A stretch of DNA of 64,000 bases, taken from contig JAZUBT010000035.1 of the NCBI GenBank assembly GCA_045638685.1, positions 1,788 to 65,787 of the forward strand, written 5' to 3'. A program made the translations under genes and the position numbers. A model generated the notes under the pieces. That model did no database searches. It saw only the letters and a list, made by a program, of their open reading frames with translations, and was not told the origin of the DNA. Source of the DNA: Eubacteriales bacterium. Lineage in GTDB: Bacteria > Bacillota > Clostridia > Oscillospirales > CAG-272. This document shows positions 19,545-29,632 of this stretch, one piece after another (the stretch's first letter is position 1; every line of letters begins with the position of its first letter).

Positions 19545-19571
19545 AAAAAAGGCGACCTCGGTCGCCTTTTT
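19545..19571. terminator. Bidirectional intrinsic terminator
   Basis: AAAAAAGGCGAC-ctcg-GTCGCCTTTTT. Confidence 0.85.
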
Positions 19572-19586
19572 ATAATAATGAAAACA

Positions 19587-19617
19587 CCCCGACAGATTTT
19601 CTTATGCTCTGTCGGGG
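19587..19617 (-). terminator. Hairpin, likely minus-strand terminator downstream of mazG
   Basis: CCCCGACAGA / TCTGTCGGGG, followed by TGTTTT on the minus strand. Confidence 0.6.
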
Positions 19618-19765
19618 ATCAATTTATCCTTCGTGATAAGCTGGAAGCTGCTCTCCCTTATCGTGTTACCAAAACTTTATAAAATAACTTCAACACTTCA
19701 ATAGCTTCTTATTTATCTGTCAGTTTTACCGTAAGCTTTGCGTTTATATTACAAGCGCACGGACG

Positions 19766-20422
19766 CTACCCGCGAGTTTGCTCTATAAACGCATCGGAAA
19801 GATGACGCAGTACAGTCTCTGCGTTAACGTCAAGCTCCTCGCACTTGTATATGGCGTTAAGGAGCGCGTTTGCCGCCTCTCCCTCGGCGCCGCTTAAGAG
19901 GTTTTCTCTCGGCCTTACGTTTTCCTTTGCTGCCTTGTGGATAAGCTTCTGCGCTCTCATAAGAGCGGGGAGAGGCTTTGCCACGGAGCTGAGCTTTTCG
20001 GAAAGTCCGCTCTGCGACTTAGTCTCCGCCTTTATCTTATCCCAATTCTTTAAAACCTCTGCCGAATTTTTAACATTAAGGTTTCCGAAAACGTGAGGGT
20101 GGCGAACTATCATTTTTTGGCATACGCCGGTAACAACGTCGCCGTAGTTAAATTCACCCGCGTCTGACGAAATGTCGGAGTGGAAAACAATCTGAAGCAG
20201 AACGTCCCCAAGCTCCTCGCAGAGCATTTCGGGGCTTTTCATTTCAATAGCCTCTACCGTTTCGTAGGTTTCCTCAATAAGTCCCGGTATAATGCTTTCG
20301 TGTGTTTGCTCGGCATCCCACGGGCAGCCGTCCTTTCCCCTGAGTATTTTAATAATAAGGAGTAGGTCCTCCGTTGTAAAGCGGTCTTTGGCCTTTAGTA
20401 GTTCTTTTTCCTTTTCGTACAT
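19766..20422 (-). CDS. mazG: MazG nucleoside triphosphate pyrophosphohydrolase (short form)
   Basis: LR...GCPWD.EQTH.S, EETYE, EELGDVLLQIVFH, RHPHVF. Confidence 0.92.
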   Translation of the reverse strand: MYEKEKELLKAKDRFTTEDLLLIIKILRGKDGCPWDAEQTHESIIPGLIEETYETVEAIEMKSPEMLCEELGDVLLQIVFHSDISSDAGEFNYGDVVTGVCQKMIVRHPHVFGNLNVKNSAEVLKNWDKIKAETKSQSGLSEKLSSVAKPLPALMRAQKLIHKAAKENVRPRENLLSGAEGEAANALLNAIYKCEELDVNAETVLRHLSDAFIEQTRG

Positions 20423-20518
20423 AGACTTTATTCCTTTTTATAAAATTATAAATACAGTAAAGCGGATATGCTCTTGAAAAACAAGCTCATACCCGCCTTT
20501 TATTTTAATTTTGTTTTA

Positions 20519-21661
20519 TTAAAGCGTTCCTACAAATTCGGGCTTTAAAACTCCGTTTTCGTCAAGCTTTTCAATAAGCGTATGGATTTTATCAACCTGG
20601 TTAAGAAGGGGCCCTATGCTTTTATTGGTATGGAGAGAAGCAATGAGAAGCGCGACGTATTTGGACATATCAACGTCGGTGTACCAGTCTCTCGCTTTGA
20701 GCTCGGGGGTTCTGTATATAAGGTTGGTGGTGAATATCTGGTCGATTGCTCCGTCTCTGAACGCCTTGTCAATCTTTTTAAGTCCGTTGCAGAAAAGTCC
20801 GAAGGAGGCAAATACGAATACGCGTTTTGCGCCTCTGGATTTAAGCTGTCTTGCAACGTCAAGAACAGACTCTCCGGAGGAGATTATATCGTCAACGATT
20901 ATAACGTCCTTGTCCTTTACGCTCTTTCCGAGGTACTGGTGAGCCTTTATCGGGTTTTTACCGTCCTTAACAACCGTGTAGTCGCGTCGCTTGTAGAAGG
21001 TACCAAGCTCAAGCTTTAATACGGAGGAGTAGTACATACAGCGGTTCATTCCGCCCTCGTCGGGGGAAATCATCATAAGCTTTTCTTTGTTTATCGCTAT
21101 ATCAGGATACTTCTTAAGGAGAGCCTTTATCATCTGATAGGTAGGATGAACGTTATCAAAGCTGCACATCGGTATCGCGTTCTGAATACCTATATTATGT
21201 ATATCAAAGGAAATTATGTTTTCAACACCCATTCCCGAAAGCTCCTGAAGGGAGATTGCCGCGTCAAGAGATTCACGGAGGGTACGCTTATCCTGTCTGC
21301 CCTCGTAAATCATAGGCATAATGACGTTAACTCTGCGTCCCTTTCCCGCAACCGAGCAGATAACTCTCTTTAAATCCTGAAAGTGATCGTCGGGACTCAT
21401 CGGGTATTCCTTTTCGTACATTTTGAATTTTTCGCCGTGATTAAATACGTCTGCATATACGAAAATGTCGTGGTTGCGCATGGTGTCGTTTATAACAACC
21501 TTTGCCTCACCGGTTCCGAAACGGATATACTGTGGACGAATCAAAGAGGTTTCGTCGCTTTCAGCCCAAGTTTTAAGCCACGTATCTACCTTGTTAAGAA
21601 ATTCGTCGCAGCCTCTTGTGCCTATAATACTGAGCTTACCGCAAATTTGTTCCATTTCCAT
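20519..21661 (-). CDS. prs: Ribose-phosphate pyrophosphokinase (long clostridial type)
   Basis: RFGTGE, SPDEGG, YKRRD, VDDIISSGES PRPP-binding loop. Confidence 0.88.
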   Translation of the reverse strand: MEMEQICGKLSIIGTRGCDEFLNKVDTWLKTWAESDETSLIRPQYIRFGTGEAKVVINDTMRNHDIFVYADVFNHGEKFKMYEKEYPMSPDDHFQDLKRVICSVAGKGRRVNVIMPMIYEGRQDKRTLRESLDAAISLQELSGMGVENIISFDIHNIGIQNAIPMCSFDNVHPTYQMIKALLKKYPDIAINKEKLMMISPDEGGMNRCMYYSSVLKLELGTFYKRRDYTVVKDGKNPIKAHQYLGKSVKDKDVIIVDDIISSGESVLDVARQLKSRGAKRVFVFASFGLFCNGLKKIDKAFRDGAIDQIFTTNLIYRTPELKARDWYTDVDMSKYVALLIASLHTNKSIGPLLNQVDKIHTLIEKLDENGVLKPEFVGTL

Positions 21662-21706
21662 TGTTTTATGTCCTCCAAAAGATAGCAGAAAATATTTATA
21701 TATTTT

Positions 21707-21735
21707 ATTATAACAAAAAAAACAGTATTTTTCAA
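21707..21735 (-). promoter_or_regulatory. Sigma-A promoter for prs
   Basis: Minus strand TTGAAA-17-TATAAT. Confidence 0.7.
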
Positions 21736-21878
21736 CACTTTTACAAATTTTTTAGATAAAAATTTTATCAAAAAAAAGGCTTTGTTTTTGTGTATTTTTC
21801 ATATAGACAAAAATATTGCGGCATAAACAGAAATAAGCCGTCTTAGTGGCAGTTGGTTTTTTATCCGGGTTAAAATTT

Positions 21879-21926
21879 AAGCGTTAATAAGGCGGAAAAT
21901 AGGCTCCGCTTTATTAACGCTTTTTG
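21879..21926. terminator. 18-bp hairpin terminator
   Basis: AAGCGTTAATAAGGCGGA / TCCGCTTTATTAACGCTT + TTTT. Confidence 0.75.
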
Positions 21927-21963
21927 ATTTTATTAAATTAAAGTCTTTAAGGCTCGGATTTTA

Positions 21964-22809
21964 TTATATTAAAGCCTTGATTGCATCAACAGCCGCGGCG
22001 AATGCTGCCTCGCTGGTAGGATAGCTATCGACTATCTCGGTCTTGTTGTCCTTGTTTTCAAGCTCCGCAAGTCCTGCAAAGACGCGAAGATGAGGCTCAA
22101 CGGAGAGAGTCATTGTGCCGGGGCGCTTCTTAAGCTCGTCAATAATTTCCGGAAGGTGTCCGACACCCTTTCCCGCAGGGCAAACGGTTTTGTCCGCGCG
22201 GCAGTCCTTAATGTGCATGTAGTATATGTAGTCCTTAAGCTGGTTAAATGCGTCGGGGTAGGTTACAACGTCGGACTGAACGAAGTTAGCGGGGTCGAAG
22301 ATGCACTTGTAGCCGCCGTTAAAGTATTTCATTATGTCAAGGCAGCCCTCGGTCTTTTCTCCGTAAATGCCCTTTTCGTTCTCGTGGCAAAGGATTGCTC
22401 CGCTCGCGTTTGCGGCGTCAAGCATTCTGCTCATGTAGTCAAGAACCTGAGTTCTGTAAGGAGCGATGTTGGTGGTGTCCGGTACGAAGAAGGAGAAAAC
22501 TCTGATTCTCGGGGTGCCGAGTACGTTTGCAAGCTCGCATACGTGCTTGGTAAGCTCGATATGAGCGTTTATATCGTCGGTAAGCTTTATTTTTCCGAGA
22601 GGGGAGCCTATCGACCAAACGCCAAGTCCGTTTGCGTCAAGCTGCTTTTTAACCTCTTTTGCCTCGTCAACGGTAAGAGTGGAAATGTTCTTGCCGTTAA
22701 CACCTCTGATTTCGGTGTATTTAACTCCGTTTTTAAGCATGCCCTCTATCTGCTTTGAAAAGTCCTTAGAGTATTCGTCGGTAAACGCGCTTAATTCAAA
22801 TTTTGCCAT
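21964..22809 (-). CDS. Sugar phosphate isomerase/epimerase (xylose isomerase-like TIM barrel)
   Basis: SAFTDE, IRVFSF, HENEKG, FDPANF, HIKD, SVEPH. Confidence 0.88.
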   Translation of the reverse strand: MAKFELSAFTDEYSKDFSKQIEGMLKNGVKYTEIRGVNGKNISTLTVDEAKEVKKQLDANGLGVWSIGSPLGKIKLTDDINAHIELTKHVCELANVLGTPRIRVFSFFVPDTTNIAPYRTQVLDYMSRMLDAANASGAILCHENEKGIYGEKTEGCLDIMKYFNGGYKCIFDPANFVQSDVVTYPDAFNQLKDYIYYMHIKDCRADKTVCPAGKGVGHLPEIIDELKKRPGTMTLSVEPHLRVFAGLAELENKDNKTEIVDSYPTSEAAFAAAVDAIKALI

Positions 22810-22867
22810 GATGTTTTTTCCTTTCTTATTTGAAGGTTTTAATATTATTTTTTTTTAAATTTATTAT

Positions 22868-22896
22868 ATTATAACAACATTTTCCTTTTTTGTCAA
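22868..22896 (-). promoter_or_regulatory. Consensus sigma-A promoter
   Basis: Minus strand TTGACA-17-TATAAT. Confidence 0.85.
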
Positions 22897-23000
22897 GAGG
22901 AATAAAAAAATATATGAATTTTAATATTTTCTTTGTAAAAAAGAGATGCTTTCGGTTTCCCGTTAAAGCGCTTTGCCTGTCCTTGCTGTACGGTGAATGC

Positions 23001-25379
23001 TTACCTCTTTATTTCGATTACGGTAACGCCGTAGTCGCCCTCGCCGTAGTTACCCGCTCTGAAGGAGGCTACCCTCTTTTCCTTTTTTAACATATTCCAA
23101 AGAGCCGTGCGCAGCGCACCCGTTCCTTTGCCGTGCAGAAGCGTTACTGTGTTTACCCCCGCAAGAACTGCGTCGTCAATATATTTGTCAACGGCGAACC
23201 ACGCCTCGTCTCCCGTCATGCCGCGAAGATCTATTTCCGCCTTAAATGTGTTAGGGGCAAGAGTTTTGCTTATCGCTCCGCTCTTTTTCTTTTCGGACGT
23301 CTTTTTTGCTTCGGTAAGACGCAGGTTGTCAAGCGTCGTTTTGGTGGTTACAATTCCTGCTCTTACGGTAACGTTTCCGTCCTTGTCCGGCGGTTTTATT
23401 ACTGTACCAGTTCTGCCGACAGACAGGATAATTACCTCGTCTCCGACCTTAAGAGGACGCGTCGGCGCAACGGCCTCGGATTCCTCTTTTCTGCCGGAAA
23501 TAAGACTGTCCTCGGCTCCCCGCAGCTTTTGTCTTATTTCTTCCCTCGCTTCTTCAAGAGAGGCTTTTGTTCGCTTTCCGTCCTCCTGCTTTTGCAGTCT
23601 TTCAAGCTTATCGAAAATAAAGACAGAGGAAGCCTTCGCGCTTTCCATCATTCTTGTAGCCTGCTCGCGAAGATTTTGAGTGTCGCGGTAGGTCTTATCG
23701 GAAAGCTCGGTTATATACCTTCTTTTTTCCTTTTCGTACCTTTCAAATTCAGCCTTGGAGCTTTCAAGCTCGGCTCTTGCCTTTTCAAGCTCTATTCTTT
23801 GCTTGTCAAGAGAAGAAATAACGTCCTCAAGCCGCCTGTTTTCGGTGCTTATAAAACGCTCCGCTCGGCTTATGACGTTTTTCGAAAGTCCGAGCTTTTC
23901 CGAGATCGCAAATGCATTTGAGCGACCCGGAGCGCCTATTATCAGTCGGTAGGTAGGCTTCAAGGTTTCTATATCAAACTCGCAGCCTGCGTTGGTTACT
24001 CCGTCGTTGTTGGCGGCGTATTCCTTAAGCTCGGAGTAGTGAGTAGTCGCGGCGCAGAGCGAGCCCTTGTAGGAGCGTATCTCCTCAAGCACCGAAATAG
24101 CTATCGCTGCCCCCTCTATCGGATCCGTTCCCGCTCCAAGCTCGTCAAAAAGAACGAGACTTTCACGGCTTACCTTTTTCAGTATCTTTATTATATTGAC
24201 CATGTGCGAGGAGAAGGTTGAGAGCGACTGCTCAATGCTTTGCTCGTCGCCTATATCGGCAAGTATCTCCTCGAAAACTCCACACTCCGCGCTTTCGGCT
24301 GGAAGATGAAGTCCTGACTGAGCCATAAGAGCGAAAAGACCGAGGGTTTTAAGGGTTACCGTTTTTCCTCCCGTGTTGGGGCCGGTTATAACGAGGGTGT
24401 CAAAGCCTTCGCCGAGGGAAACGGATATCGGAACCACCGTTTTTGCATCAAGCAGAGGATGTCTTGCCTTTACAAGCTTTAAAACTCTTTTTTCGGTGAT
24501 TATCGGCTCTACCGCTTCATATTTATCGGCAAACTGCGCCTTTGCGAAAATAAAGGCGAGCTGCGTTATATTCATATAGTTTAGAAGTATCGTTTCTCCG
24601 TAAAGCGCGCAGTCGGAGGAAAGAGAGAATAATATACGTTCAATTTCTCTTGCTTCCTTTGTCTGAAGCTCACGAAGCTCGTTGTTTGCCTCGACAACCG
24701 CGTAAGGCTCAATAAAAACCGTCGCTCCCGTCGCGGAGGTATCGTGAACGAGGCCTTTTATTTCATTTTTATATTCCGCTTTTACGGGAACGACAAAACG
24801 GTCGTTTCTTACGGTAACAATGTTTTCCTGAAGATATTTTCCGTAAGCGCCCGAAACGTACCTTTGCAGAGTTTCTCTTACCGAGCCCTGACTGTGCCGT
24901 ATCTTTCTGCGCAGGTCTGCGAGCGCGGGACTTGCCTCGTCTGCAACGTAGTCCTCGGAGGGCAGCGCGCGGTATATCTTTTCCTCTAAAAAACGGTTAG
25001 GGGTAAGACGTCTGAAGATTACGTCAATAACCGTTTCGTCTGCCGAGCCGTTTTCGATATAGTCTATAAGCGATCTTGACGTACGAAGAACGTTTGCCAC
25101 GTCAAGAAGCTCGGACGGGGAGAGGGTGGATTTTTTCCTCGCCTTTTCAATAGAGTCGCCGACGTCCTTTACCGCAGAAAAGGATGGAAGCGATTTTTTC
25201 GATATAAGATACCTTGCGGCTGAAGTCTCAGCCTGCATACGCTTTATCCTTACCGCGTCGCTTTCGGGGGTAAGACGCAGAGCGGTCTCCTTTGCTCCCT
25301 CCGTTGCGGCGCACTCCGCGAGAAGCTCTCTTATTTTATTGTATTCAAGTGTTTTAACTGCTTTTTTAAAATCTGACAT
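23001..25379 (-). CDS. mutS2: Endonuclease MutS2 with C-terminal Smr domain
   Basis: ITGPNTGGKT, DIGDEQSIEQSLSTFS, DELGAGTDP, HGKGTG. Confidence 0.96.
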   Translation of the reverse strand: MSDFKKAVKTLEYNKIRELLAECAATEGAKETALRLTPESDAVRIKRMQAETSAARYLISKKSLPSFSAVKDVGDSIEKARKKSTLSPSELLDVANVLRTSRSLIDYIENGSADETVIDVIFRRLTPNRFLEEKIYRALPSEDYVADEASPALADLRRKIRHSQGSVRETLQRYVSGAYGKYLQENIVTVRNDRFVVPVKAEYKNEIKGLVHDTSATGATVFIEPYAVVEANNELRELQTKEAREIERILFSLSSDCALYGETILLNYMNITQLAFIFAKAQFADKYEAVEPIITEKRVLKLVKARHPLLDAKTVVPISVSLGEGFDTLVITGPNTGGKTVTLKTLGLFALMAQSGLHLPAESAECGVFEEILADIGDEQSIEQSLSTFSSHMVNIIKILKKVSRESLVLFDELGAGTDPIEGAAIAISVLEEIRSYKGSLCAATTHYSELKEYAANNDGVTNAGCEFDIETLKPTYRLIIGAPGRSNAFAISEKLGLSKNVISRAERFISTENRRLEDVISSLDKQRIELEKARAELESSKAEFERYEKEKRRYITELSDKTYRDTQNLREQATRMMESAKASSVFIFDKLERLQKQEDGKRTKASLEEAREEIRQKLRGAEDSLISGRKEESEAVAPTRPLKVGDEVIILSVGRTGTVIKPPDKDGNVTVRAGIVTTKTTLDNLRLTEAKKTSEKKKSGAISKTLAPNTFKAEIDLRGMTGDEAWFAVDKYIDDAVLAGVNTVTLLHGKGTGALRTALWNMLKKEKRVASFRAGNYGEGDYGVTVIEIKR

Positions 25380-25455
25380 AGTAGTTTAATTAAAAATAAT
25401 TTCTTTGATGTATTCGGTAATTTACGACTAATCGGTGTAAGGGGCACATAATACG

Positions 25456-25827
25456 TTATTTCACGTCTCCAAAAGCGCTTTTTATATGTTTTATTTCCGT
25501 TTTTCCGCTAAGAAAATAAACCTCGATAACGTCAATTCTGCACTTTTCCGCCTCATGGTGAAGCTTTTGGTACGCCTTTACCGCGGAGACAAAGTTTTTT
25601 CGTTTTTGATAAGTTACCGCAGATGACGGCCTACCGTATTTTGAGCCGCTGTCTGCGGTGCGCGCTTTTACCTCAACGAAAACAGTTCTGTCTCCGTCAA
25701 GAGCGATAATATCTATCTCTCCCGAGGCGGCACGGAAATTACGCTCCATTACGGTATATGAAAGCGAAACAAGGTACTCTGCGGCGGCGCTTTCGCCGCT
25801 CGCTCCTACCTGTGCGTTACTACTCAT
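25456..25827 (-). CDS. yraN: YraN family endonuclease-like protein
   Basis: G..GE..A..YL, RNFR...GEIDII, FVEVKAR, RIDVI. Confidence 0.9.
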   Translation of the reverse strand: MSSNAQVGASGESAAAEYLVSLSYTVMERNFRAASGEIDIIALDGDRTVFVEVKARTADSGSKYGRPSSAVTYQKRKNFVSAVKAYQKLHHEAEKCRIDVIEVYFLSGKTEIKHIKSAFGDVK

Positions 25828-26446
25828 TCTTGTTTAAAAACCCAAGGAAGGAAAGTCTGTGTATCGGAGAGGGGCCGTACTTACGCACAGCGTCCATGTG
25901 TTCCTTCGTCGGGTAGCCCTTGTGCTTTGCTATGTTGTATTCGGGGTACATCTCGTGCAGCTCCTCGCAAAGACGGTCTCTGGTAACCTTTGCGAGAATT
26001 GACGCCGCCGCGATATTCGGGGATTTTCCGTCGCCCTTTATTACGGTTACCGCCTTGCAGGGAAAGTCTCTCGCCACGTTTCCGTCCACGAGCGCAAGGT
26101 CGGGAGTCGGGGTAAGTCTTTCTATTGATCTTCGCATGGCGAGCTGCGAGGCGTTAAGAATGTTGATTTCGTCTATTACCTCGCTACCGACAAGCTCGAT
26201 AGCGTAGGCCAGGGCGTTTTCTTTTATAATTTCAAAAAGCTCCTCGCGTTTTTTTTCGGAAAGCTTTTTGGAGTCGTTAAGTCCGGGGAGAACAAATCCT
26301 CTCGGAAGAATACAGGCCGCCGCGGCAACGGGGCCGCAAAGAGGACCTCTGCCCGCCTCATCGGTTCCGCAGATTACCTTGAATCCACTCGCAAAATATT
26401 CTTCCTCAAGCTCCCACGTTAAAGGGTTTACGGTTTTTGTAGCCAT
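25820..26446 (-). CDS. rnhB: Ribonuclease HII
   Basis: GTDEAGRGP, DSKKL, VDG, KGD, AAASILAKV.RD, KHKGYPT. Confidence 0.95.
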   Translation of the reverse strand: MATKTVNPLTWELEEEYFASGFKVICGTDEAGRGPLCGPVAAAACILPRGFVLPGLNDSKKLSEKKREELFEIIKENALAYAIELVGSEVIDEINILNASQLAMRRSIERLTPTPDLALVDGNVARDFPCKAVTVIKGDGKSPNIAAASILAKVTRDRLCEELHEMYPEYNIAKHKGYPTKEHMDAVRKYGPSPIHRLSFLGFLNKNE

Positions 26447-26507
26447 AACTTTAACCACCTTTTTACGGAGTTTTATATTTATTTTTTATGTGTTTTACAG
26501 CTGTACC

Positions 26508-27371
26508 TTACGGCGTTTCAAGGGAAATTCTGCCTATCTTACCGCTACGGTATTCCTCAAGAAGCATTATAGCCGCGCGCTCGGTGTTAATTTCGCCGCC
26601 GCTGACAAGAAAACCTCTTTTTCTTCCGACGGTTGTTAAAACGTCGTAGTCGGAGTATTCCTCGGATAAATCCTCCGCATTCATTTTGTAACGCTGACAA
26701 AAGACGTCTGGAGCGAGGGCGCGAAGCCTTGAAACGAGAAGACAGGCTATGGTTTCGGTATCTAAAACGTCGTCCTTTATCGCTCCTGTTATCGCGAGAT
26801 TTTCGCCAACCGTATCGTCCTCAAATTTCGGCCAGAGAACACCGGGGGTATCAAGAAGGTCGAGTCCGTTTTTCGTCGGAACCCACTGCTTGTCCCTCGT
26901 TACGCCGGGGCGGTTTTCCGCCTTTGCCTTAGCCGAACCCGCTATGCGGTTGATAAAGGTGCTTTTTCCCGAGTTCGGTATGCCTACGACGAGCGCCTTA
27001 AGAGTTCTGCCCGACATACCCTTTTCGCTGTACCTTGCGAGCTTTTCGGCAAGAAGGGTTCTTATTGCGGGCATTATTTCACTAAATCCCTCGCCCGTAT
27101 TGCAGTCGGTGAAAATGCAGTCGGTGTTTGTTTTTTTGAAATAAGCCTTCCACCTTTGACTTACCGACGGGTTTGCAAGAGAAGCCTTGTTAAGCAGAAT
27201 AATTCTCGGCTTATTTTCGGCAAGCTTTTCTATATCAGGGTTATGTGAGGAATAGGGGATTCTTGCGTCAAGTATTTCTATTACAAAATCGACAAGAGTA
27301 AGGCTTTCCTTTATCAGTCTTTTTGTTTTAGCCATGTGGCCGGGAAACCACTGTATCTGCCTTGATTGCAT
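26508..27371 (-). CDS. rbgA: Ribosome biogenesis GTPase RbgA (YlqF)
   Basis: IQWFPGHM, DARIP.SS.NP, GIPNSGKS, LLDTPG. Confidence 0.95.
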   Translation of the reverse strand: MQSRQIQWFPGHMAKTKRLIKESLTLVDFVIEILDARIPYSSHNPDIEKLAENKPRIILLNKASLANPSVSQRWKAYFKKTNTDCIFTDCNTGEGFSEIMPAIRTLLAEKLARYSEKGMSGRTLKALVVGIPNSGKSTFINRIAGSAKAKAENRPGVTRDKQWVPTKNGLDLLDTPGVLWPKFEDDTVGENLAITGAIKDDVLDTETIACLLVSRLRALAPDVFCQRYKMNAEDLSEEYSDYDVLTTVGRKRGFLVSGGEINTERAAIMLLEEYRSGKIGRISLETP

Positions 27372-27490
27372 ATTTTTTCTCCTGTGCTTTATAACTGTTT
27401 CATTGTAAAAGGCTGCGTTCTATCGTTCCGAATAAATACCGTAAAACCGCCAAAAGGTGCCGCGAATTAAAATACCTTAAATTCAGCGTA

Positions 27491-28084
27491 CTAAAATATT
27501 TTAAATTCAGAGATAGGGGAGAATCTTACGCTGACCTTTCCGAGAATATATCTTTCGTCGATAAAGCCTATTCTCTCGTCTCGGCTGTCCGTTGAGCCGT
27601 TTCTGTTATCTCCCATTACGAAAACGTGGTTTTCGGGAACCGTGAACGTTTCGGGGAGGTGGTTCGACGGATTCATAGGTGCGGAGGATTTATTCACGTA
27701 GCTCTCGTTTATTTTCACCCCGTCAACGGTAACTGTCCAGCTTTCGTAGTCTATGGTAACAGTCTGTCCCTCGGTGGCTATTATCCTTTTTACAAGCGGT
27801 GTGTCAAGACCGTAGCTTTCGGACTGACAAACAATAATATCGTTTGCTTTTGGTGTATAATTAAACGTCGATACTATCAGAACGTCGCCATCCTTTAACG
27901 TCGGATACATAGAGCTTCCGATAACGGGGCTATGCTTAAAAAATATAGTAAGCAGTAAAATTCCCGCCGCAAAGCAGAGGGAAAACATCTCTACCCATTC
28001 AAAAAGGCGGCTGAAACGGTCAGGTCTTTTTATTTCGTTTTCCGTGTTTTCCGAGAACGAGCCGTTATTTAAATTATTATCCAT
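27491..28084 (-). CDS. lepB: Signal peptidase I
   Basis: GSSMYPTL, LVKRII, GDNRNGSTDSR. Confidence 0.93.
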   Translation of the reverse strand: MDNNLNNGSFSENTENEIKRPDRFSRLFEWVEMFSLCFAAGILLLTIFFKHSPVIGSSMYPTLKDGDVLIVSTFNYTPKANDIIVCQSESYGLDTPLVKRIIATEGQTVTIDYESWTVTVDGVKINESYVNKSSAPMNPSNHLPETFTVPENHVFVMGDNRNGSTDSRDERIGFIDERYILGKVSVRFSPISEFKIF

Positions 28085-28130
28085 TTCTATCCATTCTGCC
28101 TTTTACGGCGTTTTAGAGGTTTTAAGAAAA

Positions 28131-29363
28131 TTACTCAGAGGCCTTTCCGCCGACAAGAAGCTCCATAAGCTTTTCGCCGCGCGAGAGGTAAAGTCCCGTG
28201 CTTCCCGCGTTTTCTTCATTGAATGACTCTATTCCGTCGGAGCTGCTGCCGCTGTCGTATATCATAAACGGAACGGCGTCCATCGTGTGGGTGCGTTTGC
28301 AGATAGGCGTCGGATGGTCGGGAAGAATCATTATCTTAAAGCCTTCTCCGCTATCCTTTAAATACTCGTAAACAGGTTTTAAAATTTCCGAGTCTATTTT
28401 TTCTATTGAAAGAATCTTGTTTTCAAGCTCGGCGCGGTGTCCGCACTCGTCGGGCGCCTCTACGTGGAGATAAACAAGATCGGCTCCGTTTTTAAATTCC
28501 TCTATTGCCGCCTGTCCCTTGCCCTTAAAATTGGTGCTTATGTTTCCGGTTGCGCCCGGGACGTCAACCGATTTCATACCCGCGCAGATAGCAATTCCCT
28601 TTATAAGGTCAACCGCGGAAATAACCGAGGCATCAAGATCCCATTTTTTCTTGAACGAGGGAAGCGCGGGCTTTTTGCCGGGGGACCAGAACCACGCGGA
28701 GTTTGCGGGACGAAGGCCTCTTTTTATTCTGTCAAGGTTTACGGGGTGGTCTTTAAGTATTTCGTAGCTTCTTTTCTGAATTGAAAGGAATGGCTCCTCG
28801 GGGAGATATTCCGAAACAGACTGACCGAGAATGTCGTGGGGGCGCATAAATGCGGTAAAGCTCGGCGCGTTATTCCAGATAAGACAGTGGCGGTAGCTTA
28901 CGCCGGTGTAGAAATGCTTAAGCTCATCTCCCATTTCCGCCTGCAAGGACTTTATAAGCTTGTCGGCTTCGGGAGTGGTTATTTCGTCGGCGCCGTGATC
29001 TACCATTATCTTTTCCTCATACGGAACCTCGCAGCCCTCAGGATTACCGAGGGTAACAACGTTGCAGCGGTAAGCGGTGTCGTCGGGCTTCATATCAAGA
29101 CCGAGAGACATAGCCTCAAGAGGGGAGCGCCCCTTTGAGAATATTTCGGGATTGTAGGAAAGAACGGCAAGGTTGGCGGTATCCGACTCGGGCACCATTC
29201 CGTTAGGTACGTTTGATACCGTTCCCGCTACGGAAGCCTTTGCAAGGCTATCCATCGTCGGCTTTTTTGCTTTTGAAAGCGGAGTCCCGCCGCCTAAAGC
29301 TTCTATCGGGTAATCGGCTGCGCCATCGCAGAGTAAAACAAAGTATTTCATTTTTGCAGTCAT
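28131..29363 (-). CDS. apgM: Cofactor-independent phosphoglycerate mutase, ApgM family (some members proposed as homoserine kinases)
   Basis: DGAAD.P...LGG.TPL, PESD.AN, HVEAPDECGH, PDHPTP...RTH. Confidence 0.82.
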   Translation of the reverse strand: MTAKMKYFVLLCDGAADYPIEALGGGTPLSKAKKPTMDSLAKASVAGTVSNVPNGMVPESDTANLAVLSYNPEIFSKGRSPLEAMSLGLDMKPDDTAYRCNVVTLGNPEGCEVPYEEKIMVDHGADEITTPEADKLIKSLQAEMGDELKHFYTGVSYRHCLIWNNAPSFTAFMRPHDILGQSVSEYLPEEPFLSIQKRSYEILKDHPVNLDRIKRGLRPANSAWFWSPGKKPALPSFKKKWDLDASVISAVDLIKGIAICAGMKSVDVPGATGNISTNFKGKGQAAIEEFKNGADLVYLHVEAPDECGHRAELENKILSIEKIDSEILKPVYEYLKDSGEGFKIMILPDHPTPICKRTHTMDAVPFMIYDSGSSSDGIESFNEENAGSTGLYLSRGEKLMELLVGGKASE

Positions 29364-29531
29364 CCTTTGCAGTAAAATATATGTTTAAAATTACAGTTAT
29401 TATATCACATTTATAATTATTTATCAAGTGATTTTTTAAAATATTAACAATATTACGGGAATATTTTTATGTATGGAAAAAAGAAAGCTGAAAGATGTGG
29501 AAAATAAAATTGTAAACTTTTTGTGAAACAC

Positions 29532-29560
29532 TTGAAAAACGGATTTCATTATGATATAAT
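29532..29560 (+). promoter_or_regulatory. Sigma-A promoter for rplS
   Basis: TTGAAA-17-TG n TATAAT. Confidence 0.8.
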
Positions 29561-29573
29561 ATCTCTGTTAAAT

Positions 29574-29612
29574 TACGGACGGTCCGCTGCGAAGCTCTGC
29601 ATGAACGTCTAA
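29574..29612 (+). promoter_or_regulatory. L19 leader (ribosomal protein autoregulatory RNA)
   Basis: GACG-GTCCGCTG...ATGAA-CGTC hairpin directly upstream of the rplS RBS, matching the L19 leader pattern as I recall it. Confidence 0.75.
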
Positions 29613-29632
29613 GGTATAAGGAGGAAGCCAAA

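Noticed and set aside
19655-19675. Minus-strand TGGTAACACG resembling a T-box core
   Set aside because: No stem I, no antiterminator partner and no downstream gene on that strand.
29433-29450. Rex-like site TTTTTAA-AATA-TTAACAA; also a cre-like TGAAAGCGATGTGA (minus strand) at 48621-48634
   Set aside because: Each mismatches a conserved position in very AT-rich DNA; cannot be told from chance without a genome-wide matrix.
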